NCBI GenBank assembly: GCA_018675635.1 | Contig: JABGXU010000008.1 | Span: forward strand, 2,544-66,543 | Direction: 5' to 3' | From: Gammaproteobacteria bacterium | GTDB lineage: Bacteria > Pseudomonadota > Gammaproteobacteria > Poriferisulfidales > GCA-002705445 | DNA: 64,000 nucleotides | Shown here: piece by piece, positions 1-10,487 of the stretch | Layout: each line of letters starts with the position of its first letter | How positions within the stretch are numbered: the first letter of the stretch is position 1 | Made by a program: the position numbers and the translations under genes | Notes under the pieces: generated by a model | Databases searched by the model: none | Told to the model about the DNA's origin: nothing | What the model saw: the letters and a program-made list of their open reading frames with translations, nothing else

Positions 1-1
1 T

Positions 2-472
2 CCTTATGGGAATGGATTTCTAATACTAAATGAAATACCATGTGTTGAAAATATATGGATGCTTGCTACTGGAACTGGCATAGGGCCTTACCTGTCAATA
101 TTAAAAACAGATGAATCATGGAATAAATTTAAAAAAGTGATATTAGTTCATGCGGTTCGATATAAAAAAGAGCTTACTTATTTAAAAACTATTAAAGAAC
201 TTAAAGATAAATATAAAGATAAGTTTATATATATAACTTACGTCAGTAGAGAAAAAATAGAAAATTCTTTAGAGGGAAGAATTCCAAATAGCATATCGTC
301 AGGCATACTAGAAAAAGAAGCTAATACTAAAATTACCGATAATAATACCCATATAATGATATGTGGCAACCCAGAAATGGTAAGTGATACAACAAAAGAA
401 CTTAAAAAAATCGGACTAAAAAAACATAGGAGAAATTCACCGGGGCATATTACAACTGAAAATTACTGGTAG
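2..472 (+). CDS. fpr: Ferredoxin--NADP(+) reductase, 5'-truncated by the window edge
   Basis: The frame is open from base 2. Motifs ATGTGIGPYLSIL and ICGNPEMV match the Fpr FAD/NAD-binding C-terminal domain. Confidence 0.7.
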   Translation, partial: PYGNGFLILNEIPCVENIWMLATGTGIGPYLSILKTDESWNKFKKVILVHAVRYKKELTYLKTIKELKDKYKDKFIYITYVSREKIENSLEGRIPNSISSGILEKEANTKITDNNTHIMICGNPEMVSDTTKELKKIGLKKHRRNSPGHITTENYW

Positions 473-1362
473 GAAACCTCTACAACTTTATTAATTATTT
501 TTCCAATTTTTTCTATTTCACATTCAACAACATCATTATTTTTTAAAAATTCTGGAGGAGTTCTTGCAAAACCAACTCCACTTGGAGTTCCTGTAGCAAT
601 TATGTCTCCAGGTACTAAATATGTACTTTTAGAAATTGTCTCTATTTGAGTAGGTATGTCAAATATTTGGTATTTTGTATTTGATTCTTGTTTTATGACG
701 CCATTAACTTTACAAGATATATTTAAATTATGAGGGTCTGAAATTTCATCTTTTGAAACAATACAAGGACCAATTGGACAAGCGCCAGGTAGACTCTTAC
801 CTAAAAAGAATTGTTTATGGTTCCTTTGTATATCCCTTGCTGATATATCATTAAGAACCATATAACCATATATGTATTTATAAGCATCATCCCTTTTTAT
901 ATGAATACCTGGCTTACCAATAACAATTGCTAATTCAGATTCCCAATCTAATTCTAATGAAACATTTTTTCTTAAAGGAATATCTCCAAACGGTGAGTTA
1001 ATACTTAATGCAGATTTTGTAAAAATAATAGGAAATTTAGGTTTTTTTATATCACGCGAAAAAGCCTTCCCCGATTCCTTAATGTGATCTTCATAATTTA
1101 AGCCCATACACATTATGTTTTGCCTCAGATCCAAAATTGGAGCTAATACATTATTATCAGTAATACTTATTTCCTTTAGGTTAGATTTTTTAATAAAATT
1201 ATCTAAATCATTATTATCATGTTCCTCATAATTTAAAAAATTTTCAATTGATTTAAAATAATTGGGACATTCTTCTACAAGGGCTGGAATAATATATTTT
1301 CCCTTAGTATTACTGACTGCTAATAAAGAAGAATTTTCATAATTTACCATATATAATTTCAT
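463..1362 (-). CDS. Fumarylacetoacetate hydrolase (FAH) family protein
   Basis: About 300 aa with the GDIIATGTPSGVG motif typical of the FAH / 2-keto-pentenoate hydratase fold. It lies 2 nt downstream of the preceding ORF on the same strand. Confidence 0.7.
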   Translation of the reverse strand: MKLYMVNYENSSLLAVSNTKGKYIIPALVEECPNYFKSIENFLNYEEHDNNDLDNFIKKSNLKEISITDNNVLAPILDLRQNIMCMGLNYEDHIKESGKAFSRDIKKPKFPIIFTKSALSINSPFGDIPLRKNVSLELDWESELAIVIGKPGIHIKRDDAYKYIYGYMVLNDISARDIQRNHKQFFLGKSLPGACPIGPCIVSKDEISDPHNLNISCKVNGVIKQESNTKYQIFDIPTQIETISKSTYLVPGDIIATGTPSGVGFARTPPEFLKNNDVVECEIEKIGKIINKVVEVSYQ

Positions 1363-1364
1363 TT

Positions 1365-1766
1365 TTACTCCGATTTTTTTATATGACGAATATATTTAGG
1401 GTTATCAATTAATAAAATTTCAATTTCAGAGCATTCAATTTCTAAAATTTTTTCAATTTTATCAAATTGGATAGATAAAAGAATATCCCCTTTTTTAAAG
1501 AAAGGTAAAACTAACATGTTTTTATATGTGTAAAAATCATAACTAATATTTATATCTAATATTGTAGCCTTATGTAAATCAATATTAATTTTATTATGAA
1601 TATTTCTTAACTCAATTGACCCGTCTTGCTGCCATAATGTTTTCTTCTCTGCGTCATCCATCGTTTTTTTAATCAAAGCGGCATTAAACAATAAAGAAAT
1701 ATTATTATTATTTTCCTTTATTTGAATATTTAAATGTTCTAATTGTATTATTCTAAAACTCATCAA
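1365..1766 (-). CDS. Hypothetical 133-aa protein co-transcribed with gshA
   Basis: Clean ORF. Its start shares a 4-nt ATGA overlap with the gshA stop. I recognise no motif. Confidence 0.4.
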   Translation of the reverse strand: MMSFRIIQLEHLNIQIKENNNNISLLFNAALIKKTMDDAEKKTLWQQDGSIELRNIHNKINIDLHKATILDINISYDFYTYKNMLVLPFFKKGDILLSIQFDKIEKILEIECSEIEILLIDNPKYIRHIKKSE

Positions 1767-3325
1767 TCTTTATAATATTTATTAATATAATCTTCAAAAC
1801 TTTCCACATTATTGCTTTCTAAGTAATCCTTCTTTTTTAATGATAATTTAGTTTCTTCTCTTAATATTTTCTCAATATTATTATCTGCTTGAATATTAGA
1901 AAAATATTTATTTTGTTTCCATATATTTTCCATACAAAATTCATAAAAACTCATTTTATTATTTATCATGCTATTTATCACAAGATTTGAAGGTAATAAA
2001 TTTTGATTTTCTACTTTTTTTTCTTGCACGGTTATACTTTTTTTGTATTTCTCATCTTTGGTTATTACATACATCATATTTGCAATTTCTTTTAATTCCA
2101 TAAATATCTTTTTCATTACATCAGTAATTAATATGTCCTCATTATTTATTTTAAGTTTAAAATTTTTTTCTTTCCCATTATGCGCAACATTTATTAAGTT
2201 ATTTTTTATTTCTAAATATTCTTCACTATAAATTTTATTCTCATTTATAAATAGACTGTGAATAATTAATAATTCTATAAAATACATTTGATCTTCATCA
2301 ATACCTGCGTTTAAAAAAATATTATTATCAATGGATCTTAATTCTATATATTCTACACCTTTATTTAATAATGCTTTTGATGGTCTTTCCGTTAGCTTGA
2401 GATTTGGTTTTGGTCTTATTGTGCTGTAATATTCATTTTCTATTTGTAATATATTTGAATTTAATTGTTTATAATAGCCTTCAGATTTAACTCCTATTTT
2501 ATTGTATTCACTACTAGGTTTTTTAATTGCTTCATCTAAACTTTTAGAATACTCTTCAAGTGAATTATAATTAATATGAACTCCCATATTTTCTTCCATA
2601 TTATTTTGATATCCAATGTCACCCATTCTAAAAGATGTTGCGTATTTTTCATAATATGTATATTCGTCAAAGGAATCTAAAGTCGTTTTCTTTCCAGCTA
2701 AATATGATTTGCATACTGCAGGAGAACACCCAAATAAATAAGCTATTATCCATCCATTTCTAAGTAAGTTTCTTGAGATAATAAAATATTGCTGAGATTT
2801 AAAATTTTTTATGTTTTTATCAGATGATTTGAATTCAGAGTACAATTCCCAAAATTTATCTGAAAATGAGTAATTAAAATGTATGCCAGATATCACCTGC
2901 ATAATCCTTCCATATCTATTACCCAAGCCTCTTCTATATGTCGTTTTCATCCTACCTTGATTTGAATGCCCGTAATATGCAATTGGGATACTTTTATCTC
3001 CTGCGATAATACAGGGCATGCTTGCAGGCCACAGATACTCATTATCTAGATTTTTATATACAAACCCAATAATATTATCTAAATACCTTAAGGCTTCGTT
3101 ATGAGAACCGCATGGAGGAGTTATTGCTTCTATTAATGCTTCAGAATAATCCGTAGTTATATATCTATTTGTTAAAGAAGAACCAAATTGCTCTGGGTGC
3201 ATCTTATAAGAAATAGTTCCATTTTTATCTACCCTTAGTGATTCCTTTTCTAAACCAATTTTTGAATCTGCTAAAAATGATGAACATGAATGCATGGATA
3301 AATTTTTTAAAAACTTATCAATCAT
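1763..3325 (-). CDS. gshA: Glutamate--cysteine ligase
   Basis: 520 aa. The N-terminal GLEKESLRV motif and overall length match proteobacterial GshA. Confidence 0.85.
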   Translation of the reverse strand: MIDKFLKNLSMHSCSSFLADSKIGLEKESLRVDKNGTISYKMHPEQFGSSLTNRYITTDYSEALIEAITPPCGSHNEALRYLDNIIGFVYKNLDNEYLWPASMPCIIAGDKSIPIAYYGHSNQGRMKTTYRRGLGNRYGRIMQVISGIHFNYSFSDKFWELYSEFKSSDKNIKNFKSQQYFIISRNLLRNGWIIAYLFGCSPAVCKSYLAGKKTTLDSFDEYTYYEKYATSFRMGDIGYQNNMEENMGVHINYNSLEEYSKSLDEAIKKPSSEYNKIGVKSEGYYKQLNSNILQIENEYYSTIRPKPNLKLTERPSKALLNKGVEYIELRSIDNNIFLNAGIDEDQMYFIELLIIHSLFINENKIYSEEYLEIKNNLINVAHNGKEKNFKLKINNEDILITDVMKKIFMELKEIANMMYVITKDEKYKKSITVQEKKVENQNLLPSNLVINSMINNKMSFYEFCMENIWKQNKYFSNIQADNNIEKILREETKLSLKKKDYLESNNVESFEDYINKYYKD

Positions 3326-3400
3326 ATTTTTTACCTAATTTTTGAAATAAAAATAAAGAACTATTTATTAGTTTTAACTTTTTTAAGTTTGATTTTTCTA

Positions 3401-3493
3401 TTACTCAGTATAGTCAGCAAATCTTGCAGCGATTTGCATAATAACTACAGCTAAAACTACCGCCCCTATTACAACCCATGCCCAACCTATCAT
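3401..3493 (-). CDS. Small 30-aa single-TM peptide (MIGWAWVVIGAVVLAVVIMQIAARFADYTE), not in the ORF track
   Basis: ATG at 3493 is preceded by a perfect AAGGAG Shine-Dalgarno 7 nt upstream. The hydrophobic core ends in a charged tail, then a TAA stop. It sits in the gshA-ampD intergenic gap. Confidence 0.45.
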   Translation of the reverse strand: MIGWAWVVIGAVVLAVVIMQIAARFADYTE

Positions 3494-3516
3494 ATTAATA
3501 CTCCTTTAACTTTTTC

Positions 3517-4080
3517 TTATTTTATCATGGTTTTAAGTCTTTTCCAGTCAAATAATGGACCAGGGTCAGATTTACGCCCTGGCGCTATATCTGAATGAGA
3601 AACAATCCTTTTTGAAGATAAGTCCTTATAGTAAGCCAATAAAGAATTTATAATTTCTGCTAGTTTTATATACTGAACATTTTCAAAAACTATATCATCA
3701 CAACCTTCTAATTCAATTCCAATAGAATAATCATTACAATTTGGGATATTTTCGTATAAAGATTCTCCTGCATGCCAAGCTCTTTTGTCAAAGGGCACAA
3801 ATTGAATAATTTCTCCAGTTCGCTTGATATATATATGAGATGAAACTTTTATATCTATTATATTATTTAAATATTCATCCTTAGATATACTTAATTCATT
3901 TAAAAAGAATTCTTCTACATAATTATTACCAAACACCGTTGGTGGAAGACTTATACTATGAAGAACTATTAAAGAAATAGATGATTCTTTAGGCCTAATA
4001 TCAAAATTTGGCGATTGAAGAAATTTTATATCTTTAAGTAAATGATTTTTTATATTTATTTCCATATGTGTATTATGCAA
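3517..4080 (-). CDS. ampD: 1,6-anhydro-N-acetylmuramyl-L-alanine amidase AmpD
   Basis: Motifs VQFVPFDKRAWHAGES, GIELEG and DPGPLFDW are colinear with E. coli AmpD. Confidence 0.8.
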   Translation of the reverse strand: MHNTHMEINIKNHLLKDIKFLQSPNFDIRPKESSISLIVLHSISLPPTVFGNNYVEEFFLNELSISKDEYLNNIIDIKVSSHIYIKRTGEIIQFVPFDKRAWHAGESLYENIPNCNDYSIGIELEGCDDIVFENVQYIKLAEIINSLLAYYKDLSSKRIVSHSDIAPGRKSDPGPLFDWKRLKTMIK

Positions 4081-4140
4081 AAAAAAAGCCCCAACTTGCA
4101 GGACTTTTTATTATTTTATGTCTTTGAGGGATATATAACC

Positions 4141-5817
<1,677 letters not shown>

Positions 5818-5853
5818 TCACCTTTTAAATATGTTATTTATTAATAAAAATTC

Positions 5854-6141
5854 CTAATCGATTACAGCCATAATGTCATCTTCTTTCATCACAACTAGTT
5901 CGTCCGAATCTATTTTCACTTCCGTTCCAGAATATTTACCAAATAAAACAATGTCGCCTACCTTGACATCTAGTGGTTGAATATTTCCATTATCTTGAAT
6001 CTTACCGTTACCAATTGCCACAACTTCACCTTTAATTGGCTTTTCTGCAGCACTGTCAGGAATAACAATCCCACCTGGAGAGGTTTTTTCTTCTTCCATT
6101 CTTTTTATGACTACTCTGTCATGCAAAGGTCTTATTTTCAT
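5854..6141 (-). CDS. groS: Co-chaperonin GroES
   Basis: 95 aa, [14 protein letters not shown]...GGIVIPD, with an AGGAG Shine-Dalgarno upstream. Confidence 0.95.
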   Translation of the reverse strand: MKIRPLHDRVVIKRMEEEKTSPGGIVIPDSAAEKPIKGEVVAIGNGKIQDNGNIQPLDVKVGDIVLFGKYSGTEVKIDSDELVVMKEDDIMAVID

Positions 6142-6171
6142 ACTAATACTCCTGATATTATTTAATTAATT

Positions 6172-6198
6172 TTAGCACTCTCAATAGGAGACTGCTAA
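6172..6198 (-). promoter_or_regulatory. CIRCE inverted repeat (HrcA operator), TTAGCACTC-N9-GACTGCTAA
   Basis: Matches the CIRCE consensus TTAGCACTC-N9-GAGTGCTAA with one mismatch. It lies 30 nt upstream of the groES start and overlaps the predicted transcription start. Confidence 0.6.
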
Positions 6199-6225
6199 TT
6201 CTATTGTTTGCAAAGAAAATGTCAA
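6198..6225 (-). promoter_or_regulatory. sigma70-type promoter for groES-groEL (TTGACA-16 nt-TAGAAT)
   Basis: Read on the minus strand: the -35 TTGACA sits at 6225..6220 and the -10 TAGAAT at 6203..6198. The -10 abuts the CIRCE repeat. Confidence 0.5.
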
Positions 6226-6228
6226 GAA

Positions 6229-6645
6229 TTAATTGTTAGGGTCTATATCTATATAATCTTTACTTTTACTTTTATTTTGAGGAGCTCCCCTAAGATTAGA
6301 AAAAGCTTTATTTAGAAAAAATTTTATTAGATATAACCTTAAAGGTGGTAAAAAAAGAAGGATACCTAGGAAATCTGTGAAAAACCCAGGAATAAGTAGA
6401 AATACTCCACAAACATATAAAGTTAAAGGATCTAAAATTTCTAAACCAGGCTTAACATGCAACATAGATTTCCGTGCTTGATTAAAAGATGAGACGCCTA
6501 CGTATTTCATAGTTGCTGCTCCAATAAAAGCAGTCAATAAAGTAAAAAGAATGGTAGAGGCTGCGCCTATTTCAGACCCAATTTTAACAAAAAAATAAAT
6601 TTCTATAATTGGAAGAAAAATAAAAAATAAAAGAAAATATTTCAT
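6229..6645 (-). CDS. fxsA: FxsA family inner-membrane protein
   Basis: LLIPGFFTDFLGILLFLPP matches the E. coli FxsA motif LLPGFFTDFLGLLLLLPP. The N-terminus is hydrophobic. Confidence 0.7.
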   Translation of the reverse strand: MKYFLLFFIFLPIIEIYFFVKIGSEIGAASTILFTLLTAFIGAATMKYVGVSSFNQARKSMLHVKPGLEILDPLTLYVCGVFLLIPGFFTDFLGILLFLPPLRLYLIKFFLNKAFSNLRGAPQNKSKSKDYIDIDPNN

Positions 6646-7742
6646 GATTTTTTATTAAACTGATGTTTTTCAAATAAATCTTTAGTTTTAAAAAGATTTT
6701 CTTGAGAATTAATTAATGAGTTATCCCAGCCCATTATTTCCTGATCAATTATTTTTACCATAGATTCTATATTATATTCTGAACTATTAAGTGCAGGTAT
6801 ATAATTAAAAGATTTTCCCCCGCATGCTATATAATTTTCTCTGCTTCTAATATTTATTTCCTCAAGAGTTTCTAAACAATCACACAAAAATCCAGGACAA
6901 AAAACATCTACATTATTTATTCCATCTTCAGCTAGATTTTTTAACACTTCGTCCGTATATGGTTTCAGCCAAACTTGTTTTCCAAATCTAGATTGAAATG
7001 TCACAATATATTGTTCTTGATCTATTTTTAATTTTTCAGCAATCAATCTTGCTGTTATATGGCAATAACAATGATATGGGTCTCCTTTATGGAGATTTAC
7101 TTGAGGCAAACCATGAAAAGAAAATATTAGTTTTTGTGACTTTAATTTCTTGCTCCAAAAATCTGTAATTCTATTAGCGCAAGCTGAAATATAATGTGGA
7201 TTGTCATGATAAGATGATAAGAATCTAATGTCAGGGATATTTCGCCATAGTTTTATCTCATCAGAAAATTTATCAAAAATTGAGGCAGTCGTAGCTGCTG
7301 AATACTGAGGAAACATTGGAACTACTAACAATTTATTTATATTCTGGTTTTTAAAATCATTTAATGCTTTTTTTATAGATGGATTTCCGTATCTCATTGC
7401 TAAATTAAATACAACACTTTTTTTATTAAAATCTTTATTTAAGTTTTGAATTTTTTTCAAAATTTCTTTTGAAATAACTAAAAGGGGAGAACCATTTTCC
7501 ATCCATATTTTTTTATACAATTCTTTACTTTTTTTTGGTCTAATGTTTAAAATTATTAAATTTAATATGAACCACCACATAATTTTTGGTATTTCAATAA
7601 TTCTTGGGTCAGACAAAAACTCTGATAAAAATTTTCTTACTGCTGAAGTTGTAGGCGCGTTAGGAGTTCCCAAATTTACTAGAAGAACACCTATTTTTCT
7701 CTCATCACCGTGAGAGTAATTTTCATCTGATTTATATCTCAT
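6642..7742 (-). CDS. hemH: Ferrochelatase
   Basis: IGVLLVNLGTPNAPT...VRKFLSEFLSDPRIIE N-terminus. There is a C-terminal extension of about 40 aa relative to E. coli. The gene shares a 4-nt overlap with fxsA. Confidence 0.85.
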   Translation of the reverse strand: MRYKSDENYSHGDERKIGVLLVNLGTPNAPTTSAVRKFLSEFLSDPRIIEIPKIMWWFILNLIILNIRPKKSKELYKKIWMENGSPLLVISKEILKKIQNLNKDFNKKSVVFNLAMRYGNPSIKKALNDFKNQNINKLLVVPMFPQYSAATTASIFDKFSDEIKLWRNIPDIRFLSSYHDNPHYISACANRITDFWSKKLKSQKLIFSFHGLPQVNLHKGDPYHCYCHITARLIAEKLKIDQEQYIVTFQSRFGKQVWLKPYTDEVLKNLAEDGINNVDVFCPGFLCDCLETLEEINIRSRENYIACGGKSFNYIPALNSSEYNIESMVKIIDQEIMGWDNSLINSQENLFKTKDLFEKHQFNKKS

Positions 7743-7802
7743 ATTTCTATCTGATATTATAAACTAACAAAGCTTTTATGTTAATAATATATACTTTTGC
7801 AA

Positions 7803-8381
7803 CTAAAGCCTATTTCTTAATGTGCTAGTTCTTGGAAAATGTTGCTTTAAAAACTCCATTTGATCATATAAAACAACTTTACCTTGCAGAAAAATATATT
7901 CTGCATGAGTTGGTATAAAAGGAATCGCCAGGAGCTCCATATTTGCTTGTTCTGGAGTTCTTCCAGCTTTAGCATTGTTACATCTCTTGCAAGCTGTAAC
8001 TACATTAACCCAAAGATCTTTGCCTCCTTGGAATAAAGGAGTTATGTGATCTCTTGATAAATTTTCAGACTTAAGCTTATTTCCACAATATAAACATAAA
8101 TGATCATCTCTTTTAAAAAGAGTTCTATTATTTAAGGGAGGCGCGTAAAGATTTGTAAGTGTTTTATTATTACCATATGTTGCAATAATAGAATTAACAT
8201 CTACTTTACTTCTCTTATTGCTTTTAGCGTTAATTCCACCTCTTATAGTCAAAATATTACTTCCACATGTGTATGCTATTTGACTATTAAAATATAATCT
8301 AACAGCATCCTGATATGTAATCCACTCTAGTGGCATACCAGAAACATCTGTTCTCAAAATTTGTTGACTCAAATTACTCAA
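7803..8381 (-). CDS. HNH endonuclease family protein (192 aa)
   Basis: CLYCGNK...SRDHITPLFQGG...NVVTACKRCNNAK is a canonical HNH with two CxxC pairs. The N-terminal ~95 aa are uncharacterised. Confidence 0.7.
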   Translation of the reverse strand: MSNLSQQILRTDVSGMPLEWITYQDAVRLYFNSQIAYTCGSNILTIRGGINAKSNKRSKVDVNSIIATYGNNKTLTNLYAPPLNNRTLFKRDDHLCLYCGNKLKSENLSRDHITPLFQGGKDLWVNVVTACKRCNNAKAGRTPEQANMELLAIPFIPTHAEYIFLQGKVVLYDQMEFLKQHFPRTSTLRNRL

Positions 8382-8501
8382 TTTAATATAACCCCTTAGC
8401 TTTAATTAAGGTGTAAAATAATACCTATAAGAAAATACGACTATAAAGTACATTAACATTACAAAAAAATTAAACAAAGATAAATACTTTTTGACTAAAA
8501 A

Positions 8502-10487
8502 ATGAAAAAAAAGATAGCTAAAATAGCAATTATCAAGCCATTACATAATCTTTTTGATTACGAAGTACCAGATACATTTAAAGATATTACACCAGGAGCA
8601 AGAGTTTTCGTAGAATTTGGCAAAAAAATAGTTGTTGGATTCATTGTTAGTATAGAAGATCTATTTAAATCAAAGAGTTATAATATAAAACCTATTTTAG
8701 AGATAATAGACAAATCACCTATTTTAGACGATGAAACATTAAAATTAATTTTATGGGTTTCTAGCTATTACCATTCTCCAATTGGACAAGTATTTGGAAT
8801 TGCTACACCTTCATATTTAAGACAAGGAAAAATACTTCCTGAAAAATTAAATATAAGCAAAAAACAAGAGACATATTTATTTGGTAAAAATATTTTACTA
8901 ACTAGTGAACAACAAAAAGCTATAAAAACCATTAAAAATTCTATTAATAAATATGAATGCTTTCTTCTTGATGGAATTACTGGAAGCGGGAAAACAGAAG
9001 TATATAAGAATATTCAAAAAGAAATATATAAAAAAAAATTACAAACACTTATTATCGTTCCAGAAAAAAATCTAATTCCAGAACTAAAAGAATATTTTAA
9101 TACAAAAAATATGAAAATTGCAGAGTACCATTCTACATTAACACCAAAACAAAAATTTATTAATTGGAACCTAATACAAAATTGTAAAATTGATATTATA
9201 ATAGGAACAAGATCTTCAGTATTTTTAAAAATTCCCAAGCTAGGATTAATAATAATAGATGAAGAGCATGATGTCTCATTTAAAAATAATACTGAAGCTA
9301 AATATAATGCAAGAGATGTTGCTATATTCAGATCAAAAAATAAAAATATCCCAATTATTCTTGGGAGCGCAACTCCATCTTCTGAAACTATTTTTAACGT
9401 AAATAATAATAAATACACACGTATTAAAATGAGAAGTCGCGTTAACAATAAAGCATTACCAACACTCAAAGTAATAAATATGTCTAATAGAAAAAAGGAA
9501 ATTGTATCTGAAGATGTTATTGCATCAATAAAAGAAAGAATTTATAAAAAGGAACAAACATTAATTTTTTTAAATAGGCGAGGTTATTCTCCTATCATTA
9601 CTTGTAGAGATTGCTCTTGGATACCGTCATGTAATAATTGCAATTTAAATATGACTTACCATAAAAATAAAAAATTATTAATATGCCATCATTGTGGAAA
9701 AGTAAACAAATATTCTGGGAAATGCATAAATTGCAAATCAAAAGATATTTTTTCATTGGGTGAGGGTACTGAAAAAATAGAAGAAATAATCAAAAATAAA
9801 TTTCCTGATAAAAATATAATTAGGATAGATAGTGATAGCACAAAGAAGAAAGGACAAACTGAAAAAATATTTAATGATATTAGAAATAATAAATATGATA
9901 TTTTAATAGGTACACAAATGTTGTCTAAGGGGCATAATTTTCCAAATGTTACTCTTGTTGTAATTATGAATATTGATCAAATTTTATTTAGCCCGAGATT
10001 AAAAGCAATTGAACAACTTGCTCAACAATTAATACAAGTTTCCGGAAGGGCTGGCAGAGGAAATAAACAAGGAGAAGTTATACTTCAAACATCATATCCT
10101 GAAAATCAAGATTTAGATTGTTTAATTAAAAACGGTTATGAAGACTGGATGAAGAATCTACTTTCTCTAAGAAGTTCTTTAGGTCTCCCCCCGCACAGAA
10201 ATTGGGGCCTTATCCAAGCTAAATCAAGAAAATACTCTGATGCAGAAAATTTTTTAAATAACATAAAAAATATTATTATTAAGAACAAAGAAATAGAAAT
10301 TTTTGGCCCAATGCCTTCAATAATGCAGAAAAAAGCAAATTTGTATAATGTAAATCTTGTAATTCAGGCTAAAAATAAAACAAAATTAAATTATGTCATC
10401 AAAGATTGTATTCCGAGTATAAAGGATATACCCTATTCTAATAAAATTAGATGGTCTGTTGACATCGATCCCATTGACTATGATTGA
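8502..10487 (+). CDS. priA: Primosomal protein N' (replication restart helicase PriA)
   Basis: Walker A DGITGSGKTEVY and the Cys-rich zinc-finger insert CRDCSWIPSCNNCN...CHHCG. Confidence 0.9.
   Translation: MKKKIAKIAIIKPLHNLFDYEVPDTFKDITPGARVFVEFGKKIVVGFIVSIEDLFKSKSYNIKPILEIIDKSPILDDETLKLILWVSSYYHSPIGQVFGIATPSYLRQGKILPEKLNISKKQETYLFGKNILLTSEQQKAIKTIKNSINKYECFLLDGITGSGKTEVYKNIQKEIYKKKLQTLIIVPEKNLIPELKEYFNTKNMKIAEYHSTLTPKQKFINWNLIQNCKIDIIIGTRSSVFLKIPKLGLIIIDEEHDVSFKNNTEAKYNARDVAIFRSKNKNIPIILGSATPSSETIFNVNNNKYTRIKMRSRVNNKALPTLKVINMSNRKKEIVSEDVIASIKERIYKKEQTLIFLNRRGYSPIITCRDCSWIPSCNNCNLNMTYHKNKKLLICHHCGKVNKYSGKCINCKSKDIFSLGEGTEKIEEIIKNKFPDKNIIRIDSDSTKKKGQTEKIFNDIRNNKYDILIGTQMLSKGHNFPNVTLVVIMNIDQILFSPRLKAIEQLAQQLIQVSGRAGRGNKQGEVILQTSYPENQDLDCLIKNGYEDWMKNLLSLRSSLGLPPHRNWGLIQAKSRKYSDAENFLNNIKNIIIKNKEIEIFGPMPSIMQKKANLYNVNLVIQAKNKTKLNYVIKDCIPSIKDIPYSNKIRWSVDIDPIDYD

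Noticed and set aside
4081-4140. Possible rho-independent terminator after groEL (GCCCCAACTTGCAGGAC followed by T or A runs)
   Set aside because: I could not find a stem with more than 4 consecutive base pairs. Only the flanking homopolymer runs are evident.
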